Below, piece after piece: positions 55,790 to 64,000 of a stretch of DNA of 64,000 nt. The stretch comes from a phage. The notes beneath the pieces are model-generated. The model ran no database searches. It was given only the letters and a program-made list of their open reading frames with translations, and was not told the DNA's origin. The translations under genes were made by a program, and so were the position numbers. How positions within the stretch are numbered: position 1 is the first letter of the stretch; each line of letters begins with the position of its first letter. Where the stretch lies: NCBI GenBank assembly GCA_029220445.1, contig GCA_029220445.1_3666.1. One strand, written 5' to 3'.

Positions 55790-55842
55790 GTATTAGTCTC
55801 CTTTTAGTTAGTTTCGATCTATTTAGGTTACTCAATTTTAAC

Positions 55843-55877
55843 CCGCCCCGTTAGCTGTATAGCTGCGGGGTTTTTTC
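55843..55877 (+). terminator. intrinsic terminator (ccccg-loop-cgggg + TTTTTT)
   Basis: GC stem and T-run after ORF 55520-55789. Confidence 0.65.
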
Positions 55878-55894
55878 GTTTCTGGAGCCTTAAA

Positions 55895-56293
55895 ATGATT
55901 TCAGTTTTAACATGGCTGAGTAGGTATAGAGGGATCATAAAAGGTTTAGTTTTTGCAGCTGCGATAGGTACAGCTTATCTTGGAGCCGTGTATTGGTTTA
56001 ACTCTAAGCTTAATGATGCCTACCAAGAAGGTGTGTCAGCAACAGAGTTAAAGTGGGAACGGATCCTTGATCAGCAACAAAAGCAGGCCGACAAAATTAA
56101 AATGGGCCACGCAGAGGAGGTTAAAAACCTTGAAAAATCCCTTTCTGACCTGCAGGATAAATTAAATATGGCTGAGAAGGCAGGTAAAGAAAAGCAGATT
56201 ATTTACCTCCAATCACCTGAGGGTAAGAAGTCAACACTCCCTGATCAGCTTATAGATATTTATAATGAGAGTATTAATCAGGAGGGTCGATGA
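55895..56293 (+). CDS. inner-membrane spanin component, Rz-like (132 aa)
   Basis: N-terminal TM helix then charged coiled-coil periplasmic domain; ATGA overlap with lipoprotein gene. Confidence 0.55.
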   Translation: MISVLTWLSRYRGIIKGLVFAAAIGTAYLGAVYWFNSKLNDAYQEGVSATELKWERILDQQQKQADKIKMGHAEEVKNLEKSLSDLQDKLNMAEKAGKEKQIIYLQSPEGKKSTLPDQLIDIYNESINQEGR

Positions 56294-56577
56294 GAGTTGC
56301 TGCACTGTTTATTGTGTGCTTGTTATTGTGTGGGTGTGCAACCAGCGTTGAGAGAGAATACAAGATTGACCCTCCAGATGTAGGAAGGTTGATTGTTAAA
56401 CCCCCGGAAGGTGCCATGAAACCACCTGCTAAAGCTATACCTTTAAAGAAAGGTGCGCCAGATGCGGTGAATTCTGGCATTATGAGGGATAATAATCTGT
56501 CTTGTAGCAATGATAGAGCTAAATTGATCATTTTGCAAGACTATATTAGAACACTGTTTCCAAAGGAGAGAGGTTAA
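56290..56577 (+). CDS. outer-membrane lipoprotein spanin component, Rz1-like (95 aa)
   Basis: Signal peptide with lipobox LLCGC; proline-rich mature region. Confidence 0.6.
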   Translation: MRVAALFIVCLLLCGCATSVEREYKIDPPDVGRLIVKPPEGAMKPPAKAIPLKKGAPDAVNSGIMRDNNLSCSNDRAKLIILQDYIRTLFPKERG

Positions 56578-58124
56578 TGTCTAAGATTTACGGACCGTGT
56601 TCTGAAAAGCAGAAGATGATCCTAGAAAACGATGCAGATATTTTGGTAATCGGCGGTGCCGCAGGGTCTGGCAAGTCGTTCCTCTTGCAGTTGATGCCGC
56701 TTAAAATTATTGATGACCCCCACAGCTCTGTGGTTATGTTCCGAAGAACAACCCCGCAGTTGGAAGGTGAGGGTGGACTATGGCCTAAAGCAGTAGCTAT
56801 TTATAGTGATCTGCCTGAAAACATTAAGCCAAAGTTTAGAGAGAAGGATCATAAGTTCATTTTTCCACGGTTTGATCCGAGCACTGGCAAGTGGGATAGA
56901 AGCAAAAAGGGAGCTGTTGTAAAATACTGCCACATGGAGTATGTACAAGATAAGCTTAACCATCAGGGGCTTGAGTACACCATGGTTTGCTTCGATGAGG
57001 GCACGCAGTTCGAATGGGAGCAGATAGACTATCTGATGTCTCGTCTGCGATCTCAGTCAAAGTATCCATCAAGAATGGTTATCAGCTGTAACCCCGATTC
57101 AGAACACATGCTTGCCAAACTGGTTAGATGGTGGTTGGACGATGAAGGGTATCCAGATCCGGAGAAATGCGGTAAGAAAAGATATTTTATCCGACGCGAC
57201 GGTGAATTTATATGGGGAGACTCTAAAGAAGAGTTGATAGAGAAATACACCACGGTTAACGGACTGGGTGTGGAGATCAAGCCAAGACCGTTGTCATTCT
57301 CGTTTATAGGCGCAACAATATTCGATAATCCTGTCTGCTTAAGAGACAACCCAGAATACCTTGCTTTCCTTGAAGGTCTGCCGGAACTGGAAAAAGCTCA
57401 ACTTCTTCATGGTAACTGGTTTGCAAAGCCTGAGGGTGCAAACTATTTTCAAAGATCTTTCCTTCGTGATGCCGATAGAGTACCCCTTGGATCAGTATCT
57501 TGCAGGGCATGGGATAAGGCAGGAACCGAGAGAACTTCCGGTAATAAATTTCCTGACTTTACCGCCAGTATTAAGGTAAGTAAAGATAGCGACGGCTTTT
57601 ATTACCTGTCCGGTGATTATTGTCCTGAGAACGTGGATGACGGGAGGTATTCCACAGGTCTGGAAGGCAAGTTCTGTAAAAAGGCTGGTGAACGAGATGT
57701 GATCATCAGGAAACAGGCGCAGTTTGATGGTGATGATTGCATAATCGTATTCTCTGTGGACCCTGGTCAGGCAGGTAAGAGTGAGTTCTTAACCTCATCC
57801 AGATCCTTGCTCGCCGAAGGGTTCAGGGTTGAAGAAGACCCAATGCCTTCCAACAAATCTAAACTGACAAGGTTCTCACCTTTTGCCAATCTTGCACAAC
57901 AAGGAATGGTGAGGATTGTAAAATCCAGTTTCCATCCTGATACTCTGGAAGCATTTCTGACTGAACTTGAAAAATTCAACGGGGAAAGATCAACATTTAA
58001 CAGAAAAGACGACTGGGCAGACTGTGTAGCTTCTGCGATTAATTTCCTGGAGAAAGAGGAGGTAGCACTTCCTTGTGTGATTCCATCAATCTCATCACCT
58101 TCTATGTTCAAGCGTTTTATCTAA
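56577..58124 (+). CDS. terminase large subunit (515 aa)
   Basis: N-terminal Walker A ILVIGGAAGSGKSF, Walker B-like MVCFDEG, C-terminal nuclease-like region; precedes portal gene. Confidence 0.85.
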   Translation: MSKIYGPCSEKQKMILENDADILVIGGAAGSGKSFLLQLMPLKIIDDPHSSVVMFRRTTPQLEGEGGLWPKAVAIYSDLPENIKPKFREKDHKFIFPRFDPSTGKWDRSKKGAVVKYCHMEYVQDKLNHQGLEYTMVCFDEGTQFEWEQIDYLMSRLRSQSKYPSRMVISCNPDSEHMLAKLVRWWLDDEGYPDPEKCGKKRYFIRRDGEFIWGDSKEELIEKYTTVNGLGVEIKPRPLSFSFIGATIFDNPVCLRDNPEYLAFLEGLPELEKAQLLHGNWFAKPEGANYFQRSFLRDADRVPLGSVSCRAWDKAGTERTSGNKFPDFTASIKVSKDSDGFYYLSGDYCPENVDDGRYSTGLEGKFCKKAGERDVIIRKQAQFDGDDCIIVFSVDPGQAGKSEFLTSSRSLLAEGFRVEEDPMPSNKSKLTRFSPFANLAQQGMVRIVKSSFHPDTLEAFLTELEKFNGERSTFNRKDDWADCVASAINFLEKEEVALPCVIPSISSPSMFKRFI

Positions 58125-58226
58125 GTGTTGCCAATCTTAATTAGATGTGGTAGAATAGAGTAATCGGAGATACTAGCCCTCTAACACGAGGGCTATTTTG
58201 TTATACTGTTTTGAGGGGTAAAGCTT

Positions 58227-59783
58227 GTGTCCAAAAAGAACCGCAGGAAACACAACGCCACAGCCAAAACTGTGAATAAATCTGGGAACGCAGGCGCACC
58301 AACTCATAATGTTCGTATGAGTGAGATCGGTTCTGGCGCACTTTCCCAAATTATGGCAGAATCGCAATCTATGATGGTTGAGGAATTGCGTTGGCCTCAG
58401 CTGATTGCCACAGTGGAGACTATGAAATGTGATTCCACAGTTGCTACTGCCTTAGATACAAAATATGTTTTCATCACGAAAGCATTCAATGATTTTAAGA
58501 TCCTTTATAATGTTAAAAGTGAAGACTCTAAGAAAGCTGCTGAGCTTATAGAGTATTCTTTGCGTAATTTGGCAAACCAACAAACTCTTCGAGATATTGC
58601 AAGAAGCGCAGCTACCTTTAACGAGTATGGTTTTTCACTGTTTGAGAAAGTATACCGCAGAGAGAAAGAAGGTAAATATGCCGGGATGCTTCTTATTGAT
58701 AAAATTGCATTCCGACCTCAGGCCAGTTTGTCCAGATCAGAGCCGTTTGTCTTTGACAAGAATAGTAGAACACTGACAGGTATTTATCAGTCACCTAATG
58801 CATTTCTAAACACTCAGAATGCACGCTGGGCTGGACCTCTTGCTGCAATGCCTTCAAAAGGCTTTAATGAGCCTGAAATTTTCATCCCTGCTAAAAAGCT
58901 TATGCTCATGACCCTGTCAGGAACAGAATCTAACCCTGCAGGTGTGTCACCGATGATAGGTTGCTACAGATCTTTCCGTGAGAAAGTTCTGATTGAAAAC
59001 CTTGAGGTTGTTGGCTGTTCCAAAGACCTTGGTGGTGTGCTTGAGCTGAAAATTCCTTCCAATATTTTGAACAAGGCCAGCATTGACCCGAATTCAATGG
59101 AAGGGAGAATGGTTGCAGACCTTATGCTTGACGCAGCAAACGCCCATAGTGGTGAGCAAAGTTTCTTTATACTTCCGTCTGATAGAGATAAGTCTGGTAA
59201 AGAGCTTTACTCCATGACCCTGAAGGGGGTTGACGGTATGGGTAAGCAATATTCCACTAAAGATTTGATCGATGCCCGTAAGAAGGCGATTCTTGACCGT
59301 TTCGGTGCTGGCTTTATTAACCTCGGTAACGATAACGTTGGATCCTTCTCTCTGTCTGAGTCAAAACAGTCTATCCATGGTCATTTTGTTCAGCGTGATA
59401 TAGATATTATCACTGAAGCCTTCAATAAGGATCTTATTCCACAGCTTCTGGCATTGAATGGTATCATCCTTGAAGATGATGATATGCCTAAACTGAAACC
59501 TGGTCTGATTGAAGAGGTGGACATGGAGAGCTTCTCCAAGTTTGTCCAGAGGATCGGTGCTGTAGGTTACTTGCCAAAAACTCCTGCAGTAATTAATAAG
59601 ATTCTTGAAGTAGGCGGGTTTGATGAAAGATTTGACGAGGACATGGATCAGGAAGAGCTGATGAAGCTCTTGGGCCAGGACATCAGTAGGGCTGGTGATG
59701 GAATGGCTGCAGGATCCACTGGTAACGGCACTTCTAAGATGTCATCAACCAGAGATAATTCCATATCCAACATGGAAAATTAA
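58227..59783 (+). CDS. portal protein (518 aa), GTG start
   Basis: Size and position between terminase and head-assembly genes; GAGGGG RBS before GTG 58227. Confidence 0.7.
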   Translation: MSKKNRRKHNATAKTVNKSGNAGAPTHNVRMSEIGSGALSQIMAESQSMMVEELRWPQLIATVETMKCDSTVATALDTKYVFITKAFNDFKILYNVKSEDSKKAAELIEYSLRNLANQQTLRDIARSAATFNEYGFSLFEKVYRREKEGKYAGMLLIDKIAFRPQASLSRSEPFVFDKNSRTLTGIYQSPNAFLNTQNARWAGPLAAMPSKGFNEPEIFIPAKKLMLMTLSGTESNPAGVSPMIGCYRSFREKVLIENLEVVGCSKDLGGVLELKIPSNILNKASIDPNSMEGRMVADLMLDAANAHSGEQSFFILPSDRDKSGKELYSMTLKGVDGMGKQYSTKDLIDARKKAILDRFGAGFINLGNDNVGSFSLSESKQSIHGHFVQRDIDIITEAFNKDLIPQLLALNGIILEDDDMPKLKPGLIEEVDMESFSKFVQRIGAVGYLPKTPAVINKILEVGGFDERFDEDMDQEELMKLLGQDISRAGDGMAAGSTGNGTSKMSSTRDNSISNMEN

Positions 59784-59850
59784 AAATTATCAACACAGGG
59801 GGTTGCAAAACCTCCTTTGGCGTGATAAAATAATCCACATGGGGAATAAT

Positions 59851-60270
59851 ATGCCACAGGAAGAAATGATTTCCTACGAAATCATCTACGAGCCTGACAC
59901 TAAAGATGCTCACGGTGAGTGGATGAGTAAAGACACCATCAAAAAGGCTAAAGATAACTGGGACGCAGCATACGCCGCAGGCCTAGTTTCTGAGAACCTT
60001 TTCCACTTGACCTCTACAGATGCTTTCACCATTGAAAAAACGTGGATTCAAGAAGAGTTTGATGTTGTAGTAATTGGCACTGAGCAGGTCATCAAGGCTG
60101 GCTCTTGGGTTGCTAAAGTTAAATACCATAATCCTGAACTATGGGAAGCTAAGAAGGCTGGCATTGTTGGTGGCCTAAGCATTCAGGCAACAGGTAATGT
60201 TGATGAAGAAACTGGTGAAATTACCAACGTAAACTTCGGGATCAGTGTTGTAGAAGAGGGCAATGAATAA
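59851..60270 (+). CDS. candidate prohead protease, HK97-type (140 aa), tentative
   Basis: DAHGEWMSKDTI resembles the D-x-H-G-D block of S78 proteases; position between portal and scaffold; ATG 59851 preferred over track start 59695. Confidence 0.35.
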   Translation: MPQEEMISYEIIYEPDTKDAHGEWMSKDTIKKAKDNWDAAYAAGLVSENLFHLTSTDAFTIEKTWIQEEFDVVVIGTEQVIKAGSWVAKVKYHNPELWEAKKAGIVGGLSIQATGNVDEETGEITNVNFGISVVEEGNE

Positions 60271-61247
60271 TGTCTGAAAAAACGATTACTATTAAAGAGA
60301 AGGGGATTGCCCTGTGCCACAAGGCGCAAGGCTATAGCGCTAACAATAGACCTGTATCTCTTTTGATGAAGAGTGATCTTAAGCCTGAGCAGTTAACAGA
60401 CGATATTGTTAAGGCACTTCGCCAAGTTACTGTGGAGCTTAGTTTTGAAGAATACCTGCGTCGTTTCTTCGATATGTGGTATGATGATGCTAAAGCACTT
60501 GCACACATGCTTGGTTTTGAGATTGAAGAGGAGGCTTGGGCTAAAGAGCATCCTGATTGGGAATGGGCGCAAGCTGACGCAGAGTCTTGTATTGCATGGC
60601 TGGAAGAGCGTTGTGATAACGTGACCATTCATAAGGCTGCAAAAGAAGGCAAGCAGCTTAGTGTGGTAGATCAGTACAGCCTGTTAAAAACACAACAGAT
60701 TTTTGAACAAGTAACCGCTGATCTCTTCGATAAAGAAGGGAACCTGATCAAGGCGGTACAGGAACCTGCTGAGGTGGATAAAACTACCGAGGTGGATGAT
60801 GTTGCAAAATCCGCAAATACCGAGGAGAATCCGGTGGACGTAACCAAAACTAAAGAGTATCTGGATCTGCTGAAGCAAGTAGAAGAGCTGAAAGCAACCC
60901 AGAGTAAAGCTGAAGAAATCATCAAGGCCCAGGTTGAAGTTGAAAAAGCTAAAATGCTGACTAAGGCTCAAGCTTTAAGCTTTGTTGGTGAAGAAGATCA
61001 CGCAACCCTGGTTGACTTCATGCTGGAAAAAGCTAACGAACCTATCGTAGCTATGCTGGAGAAAGCTCAAGCAAAAATTGAAGAGCTGGAAGCAGAGGTG
61101 CATAAAACTAAAGAAGAGTTTGCCACCACTGAACATGGTAATGATGGCGAACCTGTTGTGGATGATATTGCAAAATCCGCAGAAGAAATTCTTGCTGAAA
61201 ACGTTGCAAAAGCACTTGCTCGTGCACGTGCAGAATCTAACAAATAA
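60270..61247 (+). CDS. putative scaffolding protein (325 aa)
   Basis: Acidic, helical/coiled-coil composition; immediately upstream of decoration and capsid genes. Confidence 0.5.
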   Translation: MSEKTITIKEKGIALCHKAQGYSANNRPVSLLMKSDLKPEQLTDDIVKALRQVTVELSFEEYLRRFFDMWYDDAKALAHMLGFEIEEEAWAKEHPDWEWAQADAESCIAWLEERCDNVTIHKAAKEGKQLSVVDQYSLLKTQQIFEQVTADLFDKEGNLIKAVQEPAEVDKTTEVDDVAKSANTEENPVDVTKTKEYLDLLKQVEELKATQSKAEEIIKAQVEVEKAKMLTKAQALSFVGEEDHATLVDFMLEKANEPIVAMLEKAQAKIEELEAEVHKTKEEFATTEHGNDGEPVVDDIAKSAEEILAENVAKALARARAESNK

Positions 61248-61267
61248 GACATTAACGGGGGAAATAA

Positions 61268-61657
61268 ATGATTACCGCTCAATATTCTGATATCGTGCTC
61301 GGCAAAGTTGATTCTAGCGATGCTGGCTACAATTTTAAAGAGATGGAAATTACACTGACAGAGCACCATCATGCTGGTACTGTTGTAACAAAAACTGGCA
61401 CTATCGCTAACGATGATGGCTCAGACGTTTATGGCGTTCTCGTAGACCGAGCTCTGGTAAAAGATGCAGGAAAAGTTCATCTCGCTGAGCCTCTGCAAAC
61501 AGGTCAGAAATATAAACTGGTTGTTGCAGTTCATGGTGTTACCTTTGCAAAAGATAAGCTGCTGGGGTCTAACGGTGAAGCAGCTAAGCAGGCTGTTCTT
61601 GAAAAGCTGGAAGCTCTGGGTAACAAAGTTCACGTCCAGACTCTTGGTGAAGAGTAA
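61268..61657 (+). CDS. putative head decoration protein (129 aa)
   Basis: Small protein directly upstream of major capsid gene (lambda D-E-like order); AGGGGGA RBS. Confidence 0.4.
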   Translation: MITAQYSDIVLGKVDSSDAGYNFKEMEITLTEHHHAGTVVTKTGTIANDDGSDVYGVLVDRALVKDAGKVHLAEPLQTGQKYKLVVAVHGVTFAKDKLLGSNGEAAKQAVLEKLEALGNKVHVQTLGEE

Positions 61658-61705
61658 GTCCTAAATTGTTCGGGAAAATATTTAAGTTTTACTTTGGAGA
61701 AATAA

Positions 61706-62713
61706 ATGATTACTCGTAAAGATGAATTTGGCATTGTTGATTTAGGTGCTACTCTGGACCTTGTTCCGCGTCAATTCCGCCTGATTACTGGTATGGATCT
61801 GTTCGAAACTCGTCTCGGCACCTCAACAATTGCTCAGATCGAGCGTGTTGATGAAGTTGTAACAGACATTCCGGCACGCCGTCGTGGTGGTGAGCGTAAC
61901 TACGTTGGTAATGAACGTGCTCAGGTTAAAAACCTGAACATCCCGTTCTTCCCTCTGGATAAAGGCATCACTGCTGCAGATGTTCAGAACTTCCGTCGTT
62001 ACTTCACTCCTGATGCTCCGAAAACTGTTCAGGACGTAGTAACCCGCGTTGTTCGCCGTATCCGTGTTTCCCATGAAGCACTGCGTGAGAAAGCGCTGTT
62101 CCAGGCTATTCTGGGTAAATCCTATGCACCTGGTGACGCTACCTGCCAGTATGACTACTACACTCTGTGGGGTGTGGATCAGAAGTCTGTTGAGATTGAC
62201 CCTGCAAAAGCAGATCAGGACCCCATGGAGGTTCTGGAAGAAGCTCGTCTGCACATCGCACTGCAAGCTGGTGATAACGCAGCTGGCTATCGCATCGTAG
62301 CCCTGTGCTCACCGGAGTTCTTCAGTGCTGTTACCCATCACCCGCTGGTAGAACTGGCATACACCTATTACGGCTCTGCTCAGGAACCTCTGCGTCGCCG
62401 TCTGGGTGCGGGTGGTCAAGACAGCGTATACCGTGTGTTTGAGCATAAAGGTATCACCTTTATCGAAGATATCTCTGGCAATATTCCTAAGAAAGAGGCT
62501 CGCATCCTGCCGATGGGTATTGATCAGATGTTCCAGCTGCACTTTGCTCCGGCAGACGATGTTAACGAAGCAAACACTCCAGCACAGGAACTGTATATGT
62601 GGTATAAACACTCTGCATACCTGCGTGAAGAGAAGATTGAATCTGAAACTTCCATGCTGGCAGTTAACACCCGTCCAGAGCTGGTTGTTAAAGCAACTCT
62701 GAAAAGTGAATAA
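61706..62713 (+). CDS. major capsid protein (335 aa)
   Basis: Size, position after portal/scaffold/decoration genes, strong RBS and downstream terminator. Confidence 0.75.
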   Translation: MITRKDEFGIVDLGATLDLVPRQFRLITGMDLFETRLGTSTIAQIERVDEVVTDIPARRRGGERNYVGNERAQVKNLNIPFFPLDKGITAADVQNFRRYFTPDAPKTVQDVVTRVVRRIRVSHEALREKALFQAILGKSYAPGDATCQYDYYTLWGVDQKSVEIDPAKADQDPMEVLEEARLHIALQAGDNAAGYRIVALCSPEFFSAVTHHPLVELAYTYYGSAQEPLRRRLGAGGQDSVYRVFEHKGITFIEDISGNIPKKEARILPMGIDQMFQLHFAPADDVNEANTPAQELYMWYKHSAYLREEKIESETSMLAVNTRPELVVKATLKSE

Positions 62714-62737
62714 TCACTAAGGTGATTCATCCCATAT

Positions 62738-62768
62738 GGGGAGGGGGTTCTCCCCTCCCCTTTTTATT
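62738..62768 (+). terminator. intrinsic terminator (ggggaggggg-ttct-cccctcccc + TTTTTATTT)
   Basis: Strong GC hairpin and T-run right after capsid gene. Confidence 0.8.
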
Positions 62769-62793
62769 TATTAGGGTTTAACAGGAGTGTCCC

Positions 62794-63621
62794 GTGAAGA
62801 GAGCTGTATATCCAGTCGAGTATGATCCTCTATTAAGAGTTTTCAACAATCAGTTAAGTTTTTATCAATTTTTATCACAATACAATCCAGAAATCAATGT
62901 TGGTTTATCAGCCCTGCTGCCACCAACAGAATTCGTTATTGGCAGTGTTCACTATCCGTGCAGAACGATTGTAGACTTCTTCGAGAAGATTGCAAAACAC
63001 ACAGGCCTGCCAATTGATACTGGTATCTCAACTATTCGTATGGGTGTTATTCTTCTGTTCTTCACAGAGAACCTTGATGAAAGCACTTTAACACTGCAAA
63101 GCGGTGATGTCAATATCACACTCACCCCGTCAGTGTTTAAAGAGGTAGATGCGGCTTTCCAAGTTTCCGTGGCAGAGGGCCATCTATGGGACCCTGTAGG
63201 GATGCCTAAAAAAGTGACCATAAACGATGAGCAATGCAACATTGTTTATGAAGAAGATACCCAAACTTTCACCATTGAGTGGCCTAAGAAACGTTCTCAG
63301 GTTGTAAATCTTGGACTGGTCTCTACGATAGCTCCACCGCCTGAACCAGAGCCGGAGCCACCTGTAGGTCCTACTGAACCTGGTGGTGACGGTGAAGTTA
63401 CTGTAGCAGATCCGCAAGATGTGACTGTATCCTCTTCCTCATTTGTAGCCGTTGAGAATAAGGATGAAATCCTTAAACAGGCCGCAGATCTTAACAACGA
63501 AGATGACAAAAGTGGTTCAAAAGATGCACTCCAAACCTTCGCTAAAGAGTACGGTGTTACCTTAAGTAAGGCAAAAACTTTCCAAAATATGATGAAAGAT
63601 TTTGAGGCTGCACTGGCATAA
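62794..63621 (+). CDS. hypothetical structural protein with Pro/Glu-rich linker (275 aa), GTG start
   Basis: AGGAG RBS before GTG 62794; PPPEPEPEPPVGPTEPGG linker; in late structural block. Confidence 0.55.
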   Translation: MKRAVYPVEYDPLLRVFNNQLSFYQFLSQYNPEINVGLSALLPPTEFVIGSVHYPCRTIVDFFEKIAKHTGLPIDTGISTIRMGVILLFFTENLDESTLTLQSGDVNITLTPSVFKEVDAAFQVSVAEGHLWDPVGMPKKVTINDEQCNIVYEEDTQTFTIEWPKKRSQVVNLGLVSTIAPPPEPEPEPPVGPTEPGGDGEVTVADPQDVTVSSSSFVAVENKDEILKQAADLNNEDDKSGSKDALQTFAKEYGVTLSKAKTFQNMMKDFEAALA

Positions 63622-63628
63622 TTTTGTT

Positions 63629-63668
63629 AAGGCCCCTTCCAAATCAGGAATGGGGCTTTATTTTTACG
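63629..63668 (+). terminator. intrinsic terminator (ggcccc...ggggc + TTTATTTTT)
   Basis: Hairpin with T-run after ORF 62794-63621. Confidence 0.6.
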
Positions 63669-63680
63669 AGGTATTTTCAA

Positions 63681-64000
63681 ATGGCATGGTATGAAGATGA
63701 AGAGATTATCCCGTCACCGCCTAACCATGATGGTGTAGTCGATACCCCAGAAGAACCACCAAAAGAAGATCCTGTGCCTCCGGAACCTGATCCAGACCAA
63801 CCTCTTATTGATATTATGAGGTTATTGCTTGGCAATGTTGATGAGGAAACTCTCCCTGATGAGGTAATTAAAACATTCCTTGACATGGAGAAGTTGAAAC
63901 TAAATTATCCGGCAGATCCTGATAAGCTACCGCTGCTTAAGTACAATGTTCTTGTGCAACTTGTGCGGTGGCTGATGATGCAGGAAGTGTCCAGTGGTAA
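63681..64000 (+). CDS. hypothetical protein, 3'-truncated by window end
   Basis: ATG 63681 opens a frame that runs to the window edge; Pro/Glu-rich N-terminus. Confidence 0.45.
   Translation, partial: MAWYEDEEIIPSPPNHDGVVDTPEEPPKEDPVPPEPDPDQPLIDIMRLLLGNVDEETLPDEVIKTFLDMEKLKLNYPADPDKLPLLKYNVLVQLVRWLMMQEVSSG

Overview
This 64-kb window reads as a contiguous piece of a large virulent tailed phage (Caudoviricetes) of a Gram-negative, probably enterobacterial, host; lineage is not assigned (T5-like and Felix-O1-like layouts were considered but not confirmed). All calls are from reading the sequence and the ORF track by eye; no database search or folding was run. Layout: (i) 1-9.8 kb, plus strand: about 30 small early genes, each in a cassette of sigma70-like promoter, GC-rich 5' stem-loop, CA-rich leader with RBS, small ORF, with four copies of a 44-bp stem-loop element and several intrinsic terminators. 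(ii) 9.8-12.35 kb: a 2.5-kb gene-free region full of iterons and palindromes, where plus- and minus-strand transcription converge. (iii) 12.4-50.7 kb, minus strand: a tandem expansion of small acidic proteins, a ribosome hibernation factor homologue, two DNA methyltransferases, a ClpP-like protease, PhoH, NrdG, a homing-endonuclease-like gene, NrdD, glutaredoxin, NrdB, NrdA, ThyX, a nucleotidase, a dNMP kinase, exonuclease, RuvC-like and EndoVII-like resolvases, FEN, lambda-R-like endolysin, ATP-dependent DNA ligase, MazG-like, Sir2-like and RNA-ligase-like genes. (iv) 50.7-64 kb, plus strand: polynucleotide-kinase-like and metallophosphoesterase genes, an HTH protein beside a four-palindrome operator array, two GC-rich probable structured-RNA islands, a tRNA cluster (Arg, Tyr, Ser, Thr, Met, Pro plus one atypical tRNA-like element), a spanin pair, large terminase, portal, candidate protease, scaffold, decoration and major capsid proteins. 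Most worth follow-up: the small-acidic-protein expansion with the HPF homologue, the Sir2/MazG/RNA-repair module next to the tRNAs, the GC-rich islands, and the iteron region.
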